Assembly: GCA_964016885.1 (NCBI GenBank)
Contig: OZ024743.1
Location: 106,020,001 to 106,084,000, forward strand
Direction of reading: 5' to 3'
Source: Eledone cirrhosa
Lineage: Eukaryota
Length of the DNA: 64,000 bases
Positions 1-10,200 of this stretch are shown here, piece by piece. Below the pieces are notes generated by a model. The model was not told where the DNA came from, did no database searches, and saw only the letters and a list, made by a program, of their open reading frames with translations. Both the position numbers and the translations under genes were made by a program. Position 1 is the stretch's first letter. The number at the start of each line of letters is the position of its first letter.

Positions 1-367
1 AGCGGACATAATTTACCAATTTTAGGGAAAACGAATTGTAACGATGTCTCAAATATGCAACAGTTATTCACTGCAATTTCGATGTGGATGTATCATGTAT
101 TATTTGCAAATCTGGGTGCCCCAAACACAGAAAATAATTGTTATAACTTTCAACCATTAAATGAAAAGGTAAACAAATTGGACACATTACTCTAACAGAC
201 GGAACATGAGGGGCACAGGTGCTGATGCTCCCCTAATCGTTTTGGTGAAATCTCTTCAATGAAATGTATGTAATTTGTTATGCCATACGCACAATGTGGC
301 AGATGTCTCTCGGTTGATACTGATGACTGGTTATTTGATTCTTAGACAAGCAAGTACAATTTATCCG

Positions 368-369
<2 letters not shown>

Positions 370-442
<73 letters not shown>
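370..442. repeat. (TA)n microsatellite, left flank of HHR element
   Basis: Pure TA dinucleotide run. Confidence 0.95.
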
Positions 443-447
<5 letters not shown>

Positions 448-1547
448 TAAAGGTTAACATATACATAAAGTTATAGATATATATATATGTTGCAACTGGT
501 CACTTTTAAGCTCTATGAAGAATTAATAAATTAAAAAATCAGAGCAATATATCATAAATCATGTCTTTAGAATCATCAGATAAAATATATACTATTTCTT
601 CTTCTAATTAGCATAATTAACCATGTAAAATTAGATCAAGCTATAAGAAGAAAGGCTCTTATGGAGAAATCTCCGACAAATAACCGAACGTAGCCTCTTC
701 GCGGTGGCGCCAATCGAGTATTTATCCAACATTTCGACAGCATGTAGAAACTGACTGAATATATCATCAACCATACACAATTAGGTGTAAAATTAAACTT
801 AGAAGAAATGCGTACATACCGTAATCATATCTCTACCATGATTTCATCCGTATTTTTAGACATCTAAATTTTTAGACATCAAAAGACATGATTTATGATA
901 TATTGCTGTGATTTTTTAATTTATTAATTCATCATAGAGCTTAAAAGTGACCAGTTGCAACATATATATATCTATAACGTTATGTATATGTTAACCTTTA
1001 TATTTAGTAATCTCCCGAAAGGTTGAGATTAAATTTGGCGATATTTGGCTGCGCTTTTTAGCAGCAAGCCTACCCGCCGTAAGCAACCAATCACATTCTT
1101 TCTGGCTTGACCACAGCCACATAGCGATTCTTAGCCATTTTTGAATCTATTTTTGGCGGAATCGGGTTGAAAAACTAGATGTCTGATTTTGAGTTTGTCT
1201 CCTGATGAATCCTAATTCAGGACATTCCTATTATTTGGATGTCTAAAAATACGGATGAAACCACGGTAGAGATATGATTACGGTATGTACGCATTTCTTC
1301 TAAGTTTAATTTTACACCTAATTGTGTATGGTTGATGATATATTCAGTCAGTTTCTACATGCTGTCGAAATGTTGGATAAATACTCGATTGGGGCCACCG
1401 CGAAGAGGCTACGTTCGGTTATTTGTCGGAGATTTCTCCATAAGAGCCTTTCTTCTTATAGCTTGATCTAATTTTATATGGTTAATTATGCTAATTAGAA
1501 GAAGAAATAGTATATATTTTATCTGATGATTCTAAATACATGATTTA

Positions 1548-1555
<8 letters not shown>
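442..1555 (+). mobile_element. Non-coding HHR-containing retrozyme/PLE pLTR-like element: 652-nt monomer (882-1555) preceded by an inverted partial copy (442-864)
   Basis: 442-568 is the reverse complement of ~882-1006, and 549-864 is the reverse complement of ~1238-1555. CATGATTTATGATATAT recurs at 887 and 1539. Flanked by (TA)n. Confidence 0.8.
1196..1274 (+). ncRNA. Type I hammerhead ribozyme
   Basis: Stem I TGTCTC/GAGATA; CTGATGA 1202-1208; stem II closed by ATCC/GGAT; GAAA 1257-1260; stem III ACCACGGT; GUA triplet, predicted cleavage after 1268. Confidence 0.85.
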
Positions 1556-1634
<79 letters not shown>

Positions 1635-1678
1635 AAGTTAAATAAAAGTCAAATGATTAAAATTTAGCTTCGTTTATT

Positions 1679-1733
1679 ACTGCTATATATATTTCAGTGA
1701 CAGCCATCTTTGGCTGTGACCTCTTCAGGCAGT
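1679..1733 (-). ncRNA. Type I hammerhead ribozyme in left pLTR
   Basis: Reverse complement of 4040-4094. Confidence 0.8.
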
Positions 1734-2926
1734 TTGAATTAGTATGGTATAGACAAGTAAATATGTTGTTTAGGTGTATGATATTGTCAATACTCTGATA
1801 TGCCCAGTTCCTTGTTGGGTTGTTAATTCACTGGGGAACTGGAGTCATATGAATTCAAACAAACGAATTTTAGTGTCACAGGTCCCCTTCTCCTCTCATT
1901 GGTCAGTTATTAGTGTTGTCATTGTTGGAGTTAGCTTACAAATTGATAAAATGGTAGAAGGGACAAGGTGTTGAAGGAACAAAATATCAAAAAATGTGTC
2001 AAACTTCCCATTGTTCAGTTCTGAGAGCATTCCTCAGTCAGAAGTCTATAGAATTCTTTCTGGGGTGAGGCTCCCTGTAGTGTTTATGCCTGCTATTGTT
2101 CAGTACATTTGACCTCCACCATTATTTTGGTACTGTTGTTGTTGTAGTGGTCAGCTTATATCTTGCTGCTGCTAACAATTTAGAAGTATTCAGTTTGTGT
2201 TTTCTCTTCATCCCACCCGCCACCATCGTAGTGGTGGTGGCGGGGGGGGGGGGGTTATTTCATGTATATGAAGAAATATAAGGCAATAAATGAAGAAAAC
2301 AGAAGATAAATAAATAATATAATAAAATAAAATAATTAATATAATTTGTGTAATTTGAAAATAAATAAATAAATAGAGAATAAAGAATAAAGAGTAAATG
2401 AGAGATTGGTGAAAAAGTAATGATAATGTATATGGAGAAGTGAGAAATAATGTAGGATAAAGTGTGTGTGTGTGTGTGCTATAACCAATCTCAAGGTCAG
2501 AATATGTTGGATAGATTGGTATGATACAAGATGTTAAGATGAGATATTCAATGTGTTTGTGTTATAATCTATCTCAACTTAAAATAAATATAAATATAAG
2601 GTTATACAGTGAAGAGGGCAGAAAACAAATAACAAATTAATATAGAGAAATCAAGATTTAAGATTGGAACTTTAAAGTCAGAAATCTGGTAAATTAAAAG
2701 TGTTTGTGTTATAGATGTTGGCCAGATTATTATGGCTGTGTCCGATTCTGTCTCTAGGCTATCATGGTGTCTGCTCCGCCTGGGTTGTTCCCTATGGCTT
2801 GAGGGGAGTTCACAACCTAGGGTGTTGTAATTGTCCATATAGCTTGAGGGAGGTCTGGCCGAGAGGTGTTTTCATGTTCTGTAGAAGTCCCTATAGCTTG
2901 AGGGGAGTTCACATCTTCTTGTGTTG

Positions 2927-3598
2927 CTACTGTCCATATATTTTGAGAAAGGTCCCGGCTCTAAGGTGTCTGCATGTCCCGAAGAAGTCGGTTCTGAGGT
3001 TTATCAGGCCGCTTCCACCTCTTAGTATCTCGAGGGTCTCGTTCAGGCATAGTTTGCATATGCAAGATCCCCCTTTATCGGGTGGTACTTTCCTGATTAT
3101 GTACCAGGCCAGAGAGTATGTGGTCCTGTCCAGCTTAAGCTTCCAGATCAGGTCGGAGAGAGCTGTGCTTTTCCTTTTGGCCTCCTTCTTGAATGAATGG
3201 CGATGGTTGTACCAGCGGTCCTTAAAGCTCGTTGATGTGGCTCCTATGTAGAGGTGTTCGGAGTTGGGGGTTTTAACCCTACAACCGTACACTATGTTCT
3301 TCTTGAGACATTCATTACCAAGGGGGCATGATTCGGGGTTTCTACAGTTGCAGAGGGTGGGCGGCCTCTGCGTGCTTAGATTAGGGTTCTCATTATGTGT
3401 TACATGTTGGTCTTCCCCCATGCTCGGTGGGGGGTCCTTGGGTCTGTTTGTGTTTCTTGGGTGGGCTCTGGGTCCCCCCTTCCCTCCTTTCACATGGTTC
3501 TGCTGAGTGTTTGTATTGCCATCTTCTGGTTGTGTGTGGTTTTTAAGCCTACTTCTGTTGATGCTAGCTATGTGTTGGGCCAAATTTCTCGTGGTGGA
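2927..3598 (-). CDS. C-terminal part of PLE ORF: end of RT thumb, CxCx5C linker, GIY-YIG endonuclease
   Basis: STTRNLAQHIASIN...CNCRNPESCPL...NIVY...LYIGAT...FKDRWYNH...CKLCLNE...CRH; truncated at the junction with the inverted pLTR. Confidence 0.88.
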   Translation of the reverse strand, partial: STTRNLAQHIASINRSRLKNHTQPEDGNTNTQQNHVKGGKGGPRAHPRNTNRPKDPPPSMGEDQHVTHNENPNLSTQRPPTLCNCRNPESCPLGNECLKKNIVYGCRVKTPNSEHLYIGATSTSFKDRWYNHRHSFKKEAKRKSTALSDLIWKLKLDRTTYSLAWYIIRKVPPDKGGSCICKLCLNETLEILRGGSGLINLRTDFFGTCRHLRAGTFLKIYGQ

Positions 3599-4039
3599 AT
3601 AAGCTGACCACTACAACAACAACAGTACCAAAATAATGGTGGAGATCAAATGTACTGAACAATAGCAGGCATAAACACTACAGGCATAAAAACTACAGGG
3701 AGCCTCACCCCAAAAAGAATTCTATAGACTTCTGACTGAGGAATGCTCTCAGAACTGAACAATGGGAAGTTTGACACATTTTTTGATATTTTGTTCCTTC
3801 AACACCTTGTCCCTTCTACCATTTTATCAATTTTTAAGCTAACTCCAACAATGACAACACTAATAACTGACCAATGAGAGGAGAAGGGGACCTGTGACAC
3901 TAAAATTCGTTTGTTTGAATTCATATGACTCCAGTTCCCCAGTGAATTAACAACCCAACAAGGAACTGGGCATATCAGAGTATTGACAATATCATACACC
4001 TAAACAACATATTTATTTGTCTATACCATACTAATTCAA

Positions 4040-4094
4040 ACTGCCTGAAGAGGTCACAGCCAAAGATGGCTGTCACTGAAATATATATAGCAGT
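4040..4094 (+). ncRNA. Type I hammerhead ribozyme in right pLTR
   Basis: ACTGC-CTGAAGA-GGTCACAGCC(AAAGAT)GGCTGTCACT-GAAA-TATATAT-A-GCAGT; predicted cleavage after 4089. Confidence 0.82.
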
Positions 4095-4240
4095 AATAAA
4101 CGAAGCTAAATTTTAATCATTTGACTTTTATTTAACTTTATTTTACACTACTCCGGAGTAACCAAACCAACCTGCGCACTTCGTCGAGTGCTCCAGCCTG
4201 CATACTGAGGTGTTGGTATACAACCAACATAAACTCAAAA

Positions 4241-4283
<43 letters not shown>

Positions 4284-4516
4284 AAATGTGTGTGATCCTT
4301 GGTACAGTTAGGTATATTAAGACAGGGGGGAAGAAAAAATGGCTTCACTTGTGCTTTCAACAAATTTATTTTCTTCCCGTATGTGTCTGTATGTGTTTAT
4401 GTGTACATATATGTATGTGTATATGTATGTATAGCTGTTCCAGTTGCCGAATTATTATTATTTTTATATGAGTCCCCAGTGTCCGCGCATCGCCTGGAGA
4501 CTCGGCTGAGAATGAC

Positions 4517-4596
4517 CTCCCTGATGACGCAATGAAATTCTCAACAGTTCATTACGTAACTGTCTTTATCCCATTGCAGAAACTAATTAGTTGGAG
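4517..4596 (+). ncRNA. Type I hammerhead ribozyme (copy 1)
   Basis: CTCC-CTGATGA-cGCAATG...CATTGCa-GAAA-CTAATTAG-TT-GGAG; predicted cleavage after 4592; C.A mismatch at the base of stem II. Confidence 0.75.
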
Positions 4597-5074
4597 TGAA
4601 AATTTAAGTAAGTAAGTTAATTTTTCTAAAAAAGTTTTTTAAAGAAATTTTCTTATTTTACGTCTTATATATTATTGTTCTGCATCCTCCTGCATTGAAC
4701 CACCTAGGTACTATGACATAACCTGTGTATTTGCTGGCATTAGCGTACATCTGTGCGCTTATGTTAGTAGATATATTAAATTATCTATATTTATCTCCAA
4801 ATCACTGATTTGTCGAGCAAACCTGCCAAAACCACTTCTAAAAAATTTTTTTGGGGGTGTTAGTAGGCGTCTGTCATCTTACCATCCCATTCCTACTGAC
4901 TAGCCTCTGAGTCACGTGATTGATTCTTTATAATCGGCCATATGATCAGTGGCAGTGAGAATTTTCAGTGGCTGGAATCCAGTCCTCGATAGCTGTTCCA
5001 GTTGCCGAATTATTATTATTTTTATATGAGTCCCCAGTGTCCGCGCATCGCCTGGAGACTCGGCTGAGAATGAC

Positions 5075-5154
5075 CTCCCTGATGACGCAATGAAATTCTC
5101 AACAGTTCATTACGTAACTGTCTTTATCCCATTGCAGAAACTAATTAGTTGGAG
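5075..5154 (+). ncRNA. Type I hammerhead ribozyme (copy 2)
   Basis: Identical core to copy 1; CTGATGA 5079-5085; predicted cleavage after 5150. Confidence 0.75.
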
Positions 5155-5218
5155 TGAAAATTTAAGTAAGTTAATTTTTCTAAAAAAAATTTGTTTAAGA
5201 AATTTTCTTATTTTACGT

Positions 5219-5221
<3 letters not shown>

Positions 5222-5267
<46 letters not shown>

Positions 5268-5588
5268 GTGTGTGTGTGTATGCCTCTCTCTTTATATGTG
5301 TATATATATATAGATGTATGTGTGTATGTGTGTGTGTGTATGCATGTATGTGTGAACGGAGGGGTATATATACGGACATATGTATATGTGTGTGTGTGTG
5401 TGTGTGTATATACACGTGTGTGTGTGTGTGTGTATGTGTGCGTGTATGTGTATATATGTATATTTAGTTATGTATCTTTATGTGTGTATATGTATGTATA
5501 TGTATGTATATATGTATATATATATACATGTGTGTGTGTATATATATATGTATGTGTGTGTGTATATGTGTGTGTATGTGTATATGTA

Positions 5589-5624
<36 letters not shown>

Positions 5625-5862
5625 TGTATATGTGTATATGTATGTGTATGTATATATATATATATATATATACCCATGTGGAGCTATGAGTACATATTCG
5701 TGTGTGTACGTATGTATATGTGTGTTTTTATATGTGTCTCTAAATGTTTTTGTGTATGTATGTGGATGTATTTGTGCATGGGTGTGTGATTGATGGTGTG
5801 TGCCTATACATTCCTACATATGCCCGTGTGTGTATGTACGTATATTCGCACATATGTGTGTG
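5222..5862. repeat. Compound (TA)/(TG) low-complexity microsatellite
   Basis: Interspersed TA, TG and TGTA runs; source of the spurious YI/CV ORFs. Confidence 0.9.
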
Positions 5863-6424
5863 TAGAATAAAGGACTAACTTTGGGATGGACGTAGAAAAA
5901 TTCTTCAGGAAAAAACGAAAAAAATAATTATTCACAAACATGACAGGTGCGATTTGCCTGTGACCATTCTCAACACAAAAGCAATGCTAAAAGCTTTTTC
6001 CCCTGAATAAAGGAATTTTTCGAGAATGACCGGGGCAGGCAGCACTTGCTACATTTCTCCCGACCCAACCCTACTCACCGTCTCAAATCATTACTGCTAT
6101 GAACACTTTTTCAACACACCTACACCCATGCACTTATTAAAGGGGGAGAAAAGAAACCCCCACCACAACACATACATGTTAAATCCCTATATATAGAACA
6201 ACACACCACATACACATCAGTTTGACAAGCGCACCTCAGCGTGAAAGGTCTTTCTAAAAACGAAACAATACCTCCTACGTTAACCAAGAACTCTTAAGAC
6301 CTAACCAACAACCAACAACTTAATTTATAAAATAATTTTTTTTAAGAAAAATTATTTTTGGATTTTGTGAAGAAAATAAATTTGTTGAAAGCACAAGTGA
6401 AGCCATTTTTTCTTCCCCCCTGTC

Positions 6425-6737
<313 letters not shown>

Positions 6738-6901
6738 TGTGAAGGCGTGTGGCTGAGTGGTTAGAGAATTGGATTCACAATCTTGAGTTTGTGAGTTCAA
6801 TTCCTGGACCGGGCGATGCGTTATGTCCTTGAGTAAGAGACTTTATTTCATGTTGCTCCTTCTACCTAGAGTTGCGACCGATAGATAGTATTAGCAATTG
6901 G
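6738..6901 (+). mobile_element. tRNA-derived SINE 5' part
   Basis: A box TGGCTGAGTGG and B box GTTCAATTCC; inverted copy at 7357-7520. Confidence 0.75.
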
Positions 6902-7356
6902 AAAGACCAGCGGAAACATTGTTTCCTCGGTCCGATTTGACGAAAGTCGATCGATCCTTTATATATATATATACATATATGTATATATATATACATACAC
7001 ACACACACACATATATAGTAATAATAATAAATTTGAAGACTAAAGTCCAAAGAGGGCTCGATAAGGATAAATATATATCAAATATATAAGAACCGTAGAG
7101 TTATATACGTATTTATTTATTTATATACATTTATTTAATTATTTGTATACACACACACACATATATTTATATGTGCGTGTATTTGTATACCTATGGCGAG
7201 TGTTTTCGCGTATGCTTGTGTATGTACGTACTCGGATGCGTGTATGTATTTATTTAATTTCAATTACCTCTGTATTTTATTTACTTTATTCTAAACTCTG
7301 AAGCGGAGAATCATTCGGTTTCCTAGTTAGAATTTTAGTCTACAACTTCAGTTATA

Positions 7357-7520
7357 CCAATTGCTAATACTATCTAGCGGTCGCATCTCCAGGTAGAAGG
7401 AGCAACGTGAAATAAAGTTTCTTGCTCAAGCACATAACGCATCGCCCTGTCCAGTATTCGAACTCACAACCTTACGATTGCGAATCCAGTTCTCTAACCA
7501 CTCAGCCACTCGCCTTCACA
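7357..7520 (-). mobile_element. tRNA-derived SINE 5' part, inverted partner of 6738-6901
   Basis: Reverse-complement match with identical end points. Confidence 0.75.
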
Positions 7521-7600
7521 TTTGATATATATTTATCCTTATCGAGCCCTCTTTGGATTTTAGTCTTCAAATGTATTACTATTACTATATATATATATTT

Positions 7601-8092
7601 ATAGTAATAATAATAAATTTGAAGACTAAAATCCAAAATTTAAGCAAAGAATCGTCGCTGCTTTCGCCCTTAACGGGATATTCTGAAACTAAAAAAATCA
7701 ATCTGTGAACGCAGAAGTATCCTAAATAGAATGTTAGTCTACGACTCCATTTATACCATAACCGTGTTTTTGTCTTTCCGTGTAATTGTTCTCACCGGTC
7801 CATATAACGACGTATTATCTTCCCTTTTTCCCGTTCATTGCCAGGGAACGTCTTCACGAACCAAATATCGTCTTTCTGTTTTCCTTCGGTTGCAACGTTT
7901 TTCTAAATATTTACTTCTGCGTTCACAGATTTTTTAGTTTCAGAAGATCCTGATCAGGGTGAAAGCAGCAATTATTTGCTTAAACTTTAATCTGTTATTT
8001 TAATAAATATTTGCTCTTATATAATCGATATATATTTATCCTTATCGAGCCCTCTTTGGATTTTAGTCTTCACATTTATTATTACTACTATA
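7601..8092 (+). mobile_element. Decayed foldback HHR-type element; its terminal segment is also present at 7015-7090 and 7521-7590
   Basis: 7637-7719 is an inverted match to ~7911-7986. The terminal segment ATCCTTATCGAGCCCTCTTTGGATTTTAGTCTTC occurs in both orientations next to TA runs. Confidence 0.6.
7936..7986 (+). ncRNA. Degenerate hammerhead motif (CAGAAGA core)
   Basis: AGTTT-CAGAAGA-TCCTGATCAGGGT-GAAA-GCA...TGC-TT-AAACT; the core has U4>A. Confidence 0.5.
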
Positions 8093-8100
8093 TATAGAGG

Positions 8101-8134
<34 letters not shown>

Positions 8135-8136
<2 letters not shown>

Positions 8137-9452
8137 CCTCGCCCCCTTGTCATCTCTCTCCCCTACCCCATTTCCGACGCAAACCACGCCCTCCGCCCTT
8201 TCGACTGCCTCACCTTCCCACCCAGCCCACCTCCCCTCCTCTTCATCTTAAACATAAAATCCCTTTGCACCGTTATCCCCCATACCTACGGCCTACGCTG
8301 CGCCCTCCAACACTACCTCGTCCTTCATCCCTCCCCGGTCCCTTACACCTCCACCCTCCTCCGCCTCGCCTCGCTGGTCCTCACCCTTAACTGCTTCTCC
8401 TTCTCGAGCTAATTTTACTAGCAAGTCACCGGGGTAGCCATGGGCACACGAATATGCCGCAACTATGCCAACCATCTCGTTAGCCATTTTGAGGCCAAGA
8501 TCTTTGCCCTATACACTGGTCCCACCGCCGAACTATGCGATCGTTATATTGACGACTGTATCGGTGCCACGACTCTCACCCGTCTCCTTACACTCTTTCC
8601 TCCGTTACTTCACCACCTCCATCTCCAACACCCCGGTCCAATTCTTGGATATCTCCGTCGAAATCGACCCCTCCCATCTCTCACCCATCACGTCCGTTTT
8701 CTTCAAACCTACCGACTCCCACCTTCTCCGGGTCGACCGCTTTTGCAGTCGAGATGCGGACTTCAAGACCTCATGCCCTTTCTCTGCTCCATCATTTCAG
8801 CTAGATGGGCTACCCTCTTCCCTCGTCCACATCCCCCTCACCTACCCCCGCACCGTCTGCCGCACCAACGCCTTCACCCCACATGCTGCCATCATCACGC
8901 TCGCCACCATCTCCTCCCATGCCTTTGACTTGAACATTTCCGGTTGTGCACGCACCGCAATACTATTCCACTTTCTCATCACCATTCTCGACTCTGGAAC
9001 AACGAATTTACCACAGGGATATCCATGCGATTATGCATTCGGATCTTTGCCCTCCACACATCCATTCATAAACTTAGACATACACAGTTACTTGCACAAT
9101 TTCCACACACATACAACTACACATTTCACACGAACCCACATCAACTACAGACATATCATGCATCCCCCTCTCTTGACTTCACAAACACACACACACGTGT
9201 ACATCTACACATACCCCCACACTTCACCCCACACCGCCTCCACATTTGATACGATCTCATCTCACCCCATCCGACCCTTTATATCCACACACACACACCT
9301 ACACTCATAAAGGGATAATACACGCACAGACATACACTCTACTCCAACACAAACAATGTTTTTTCAAAACCCACATTCACATATACTTGCTTCCTCCCAG
9401 ACTCTCACACTTATATACACGCATACACTCACTCACACACACACACACACAC

Positions 9453-9537
<85 letters not shown>

Positions 9538-10200
9538 CACACACACACACATACACACACACTTATATCTACCCATACATACACACCTTACCTTCCATCA
9601 TCCCCACTCGGTCTCCAATTTTCTTGCTTCCCCCCTCTCTCCCACTCCACTCATCCCTTACGCTCTACCACACCCTTGACTTTCCGGACCCCTACACCAC
9701 ACCCCTACCCCCTTCACTCTCCTTTTTTTAATTCTACTCTTTTTATATATTCCATTTAATTCTACTTCTATTTATTTTGATTTAATGTTTATTTTTATTT
9801 CTATTTTTTCCCTCCTTTCATGTTTTTCCTGTTAACTCCCCTCCTAACTCCCTCTCGAGATCCCCCCTACTCTCATGAAGAGGGGCTTATGTCAAAAACG
9901 TCGTATACGCCCCTCCTTTCTTACCAAGCGTGAAGCTAATAACACTATGTACCATTGATTCCTGCGTTTGTTTGATTACTCAATACCAATTTATCATAAA
10001 CGTACTCATGTAAACATGAACACTACCCTACATTTTTGGCAATATACCCCGGTCTGATAGGACGCATCTCCTTCACAGCGGTTTGTTTCAATCTTCTCCT
10101 AAACACACAATCACGTGTATACTTATCGATGAACGACTAGCAGCCGAAATATAGATGATACTACTTTTTCTCCTTTTAAAATAAGCTTATGGATTAAAAG
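8135..10200 (+). mobile_element. Decayed Penelope-like element (RT pseudogene ~8150-8900, CA-rich 3' region, HHR relics near 9870-9905 and 10123-10160)
   Basis: GVAMGTR...YAN...RYIDDCIG, VQFLDISV and TSVFFKPTDSH are PLE RT motifs in shifted frames. Confidence 0.8.
9435..9561. repeat. (CA)n microsatellite
   Basis: CA run. Confidence 0.95.

Larger units (their letters stand above)
1628..4242. mobile_element. Penelope-like element (probably Naiad clade), 5'-truncated, with inverted pseudo-LTRs (1628-2159 / 3599-4145) and a 3' tail (4146-4242), inserted in (TA)n
   Basis: ~530-bp near-identical inverted repeat (the same spurious 66-aa ORF appears on both strands), internal GIY-YIG ORF, an HHR in each repeat, (TA)n on both sides. 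Confidence 0.9.
4431..5225 (+). mobile_element. Retrozyme-like element: ~240-bp direct repeats (4431-4670, 4989-5225), period 558 nt, each with an HHR
   Basis: Near-identical direct repeats, no credible ORF, ends in (TA)n. Confidence 0.82.

Noticed and set aside
275-466. ORFs rich in YI/CV/HT/RE/LS repeats here and throughout the window
   Set aside because: Stop-free translations of microsatellites
1523-1555. Second CTGATGA in the 652-nt unit
   Set aside because: No downstream stem II/GAAA/UH arrangement in either copy
1774-1974. Duplicated 66-aa ORF (also 3799-3999 on the minus strand)
   Set aside because: By-product of the inverted pLTR, antisense to the element, with no motifs
2700-2930. 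SECIS element downstream of the Naiad-like ORF
   Set aside because: No in-frame TGA in the retained ORF and no convincing SECIS stem found by eye
5998-6036. Possible HHR relic CCC-CTGAATA...GAGA...GGGG
   Set aside because: Several core positions deviate; not supportable
6738-6815. tRNA gene
   Set aside because: A and B boxes are present but there is no proper acceptor stem; continues as a SINE body
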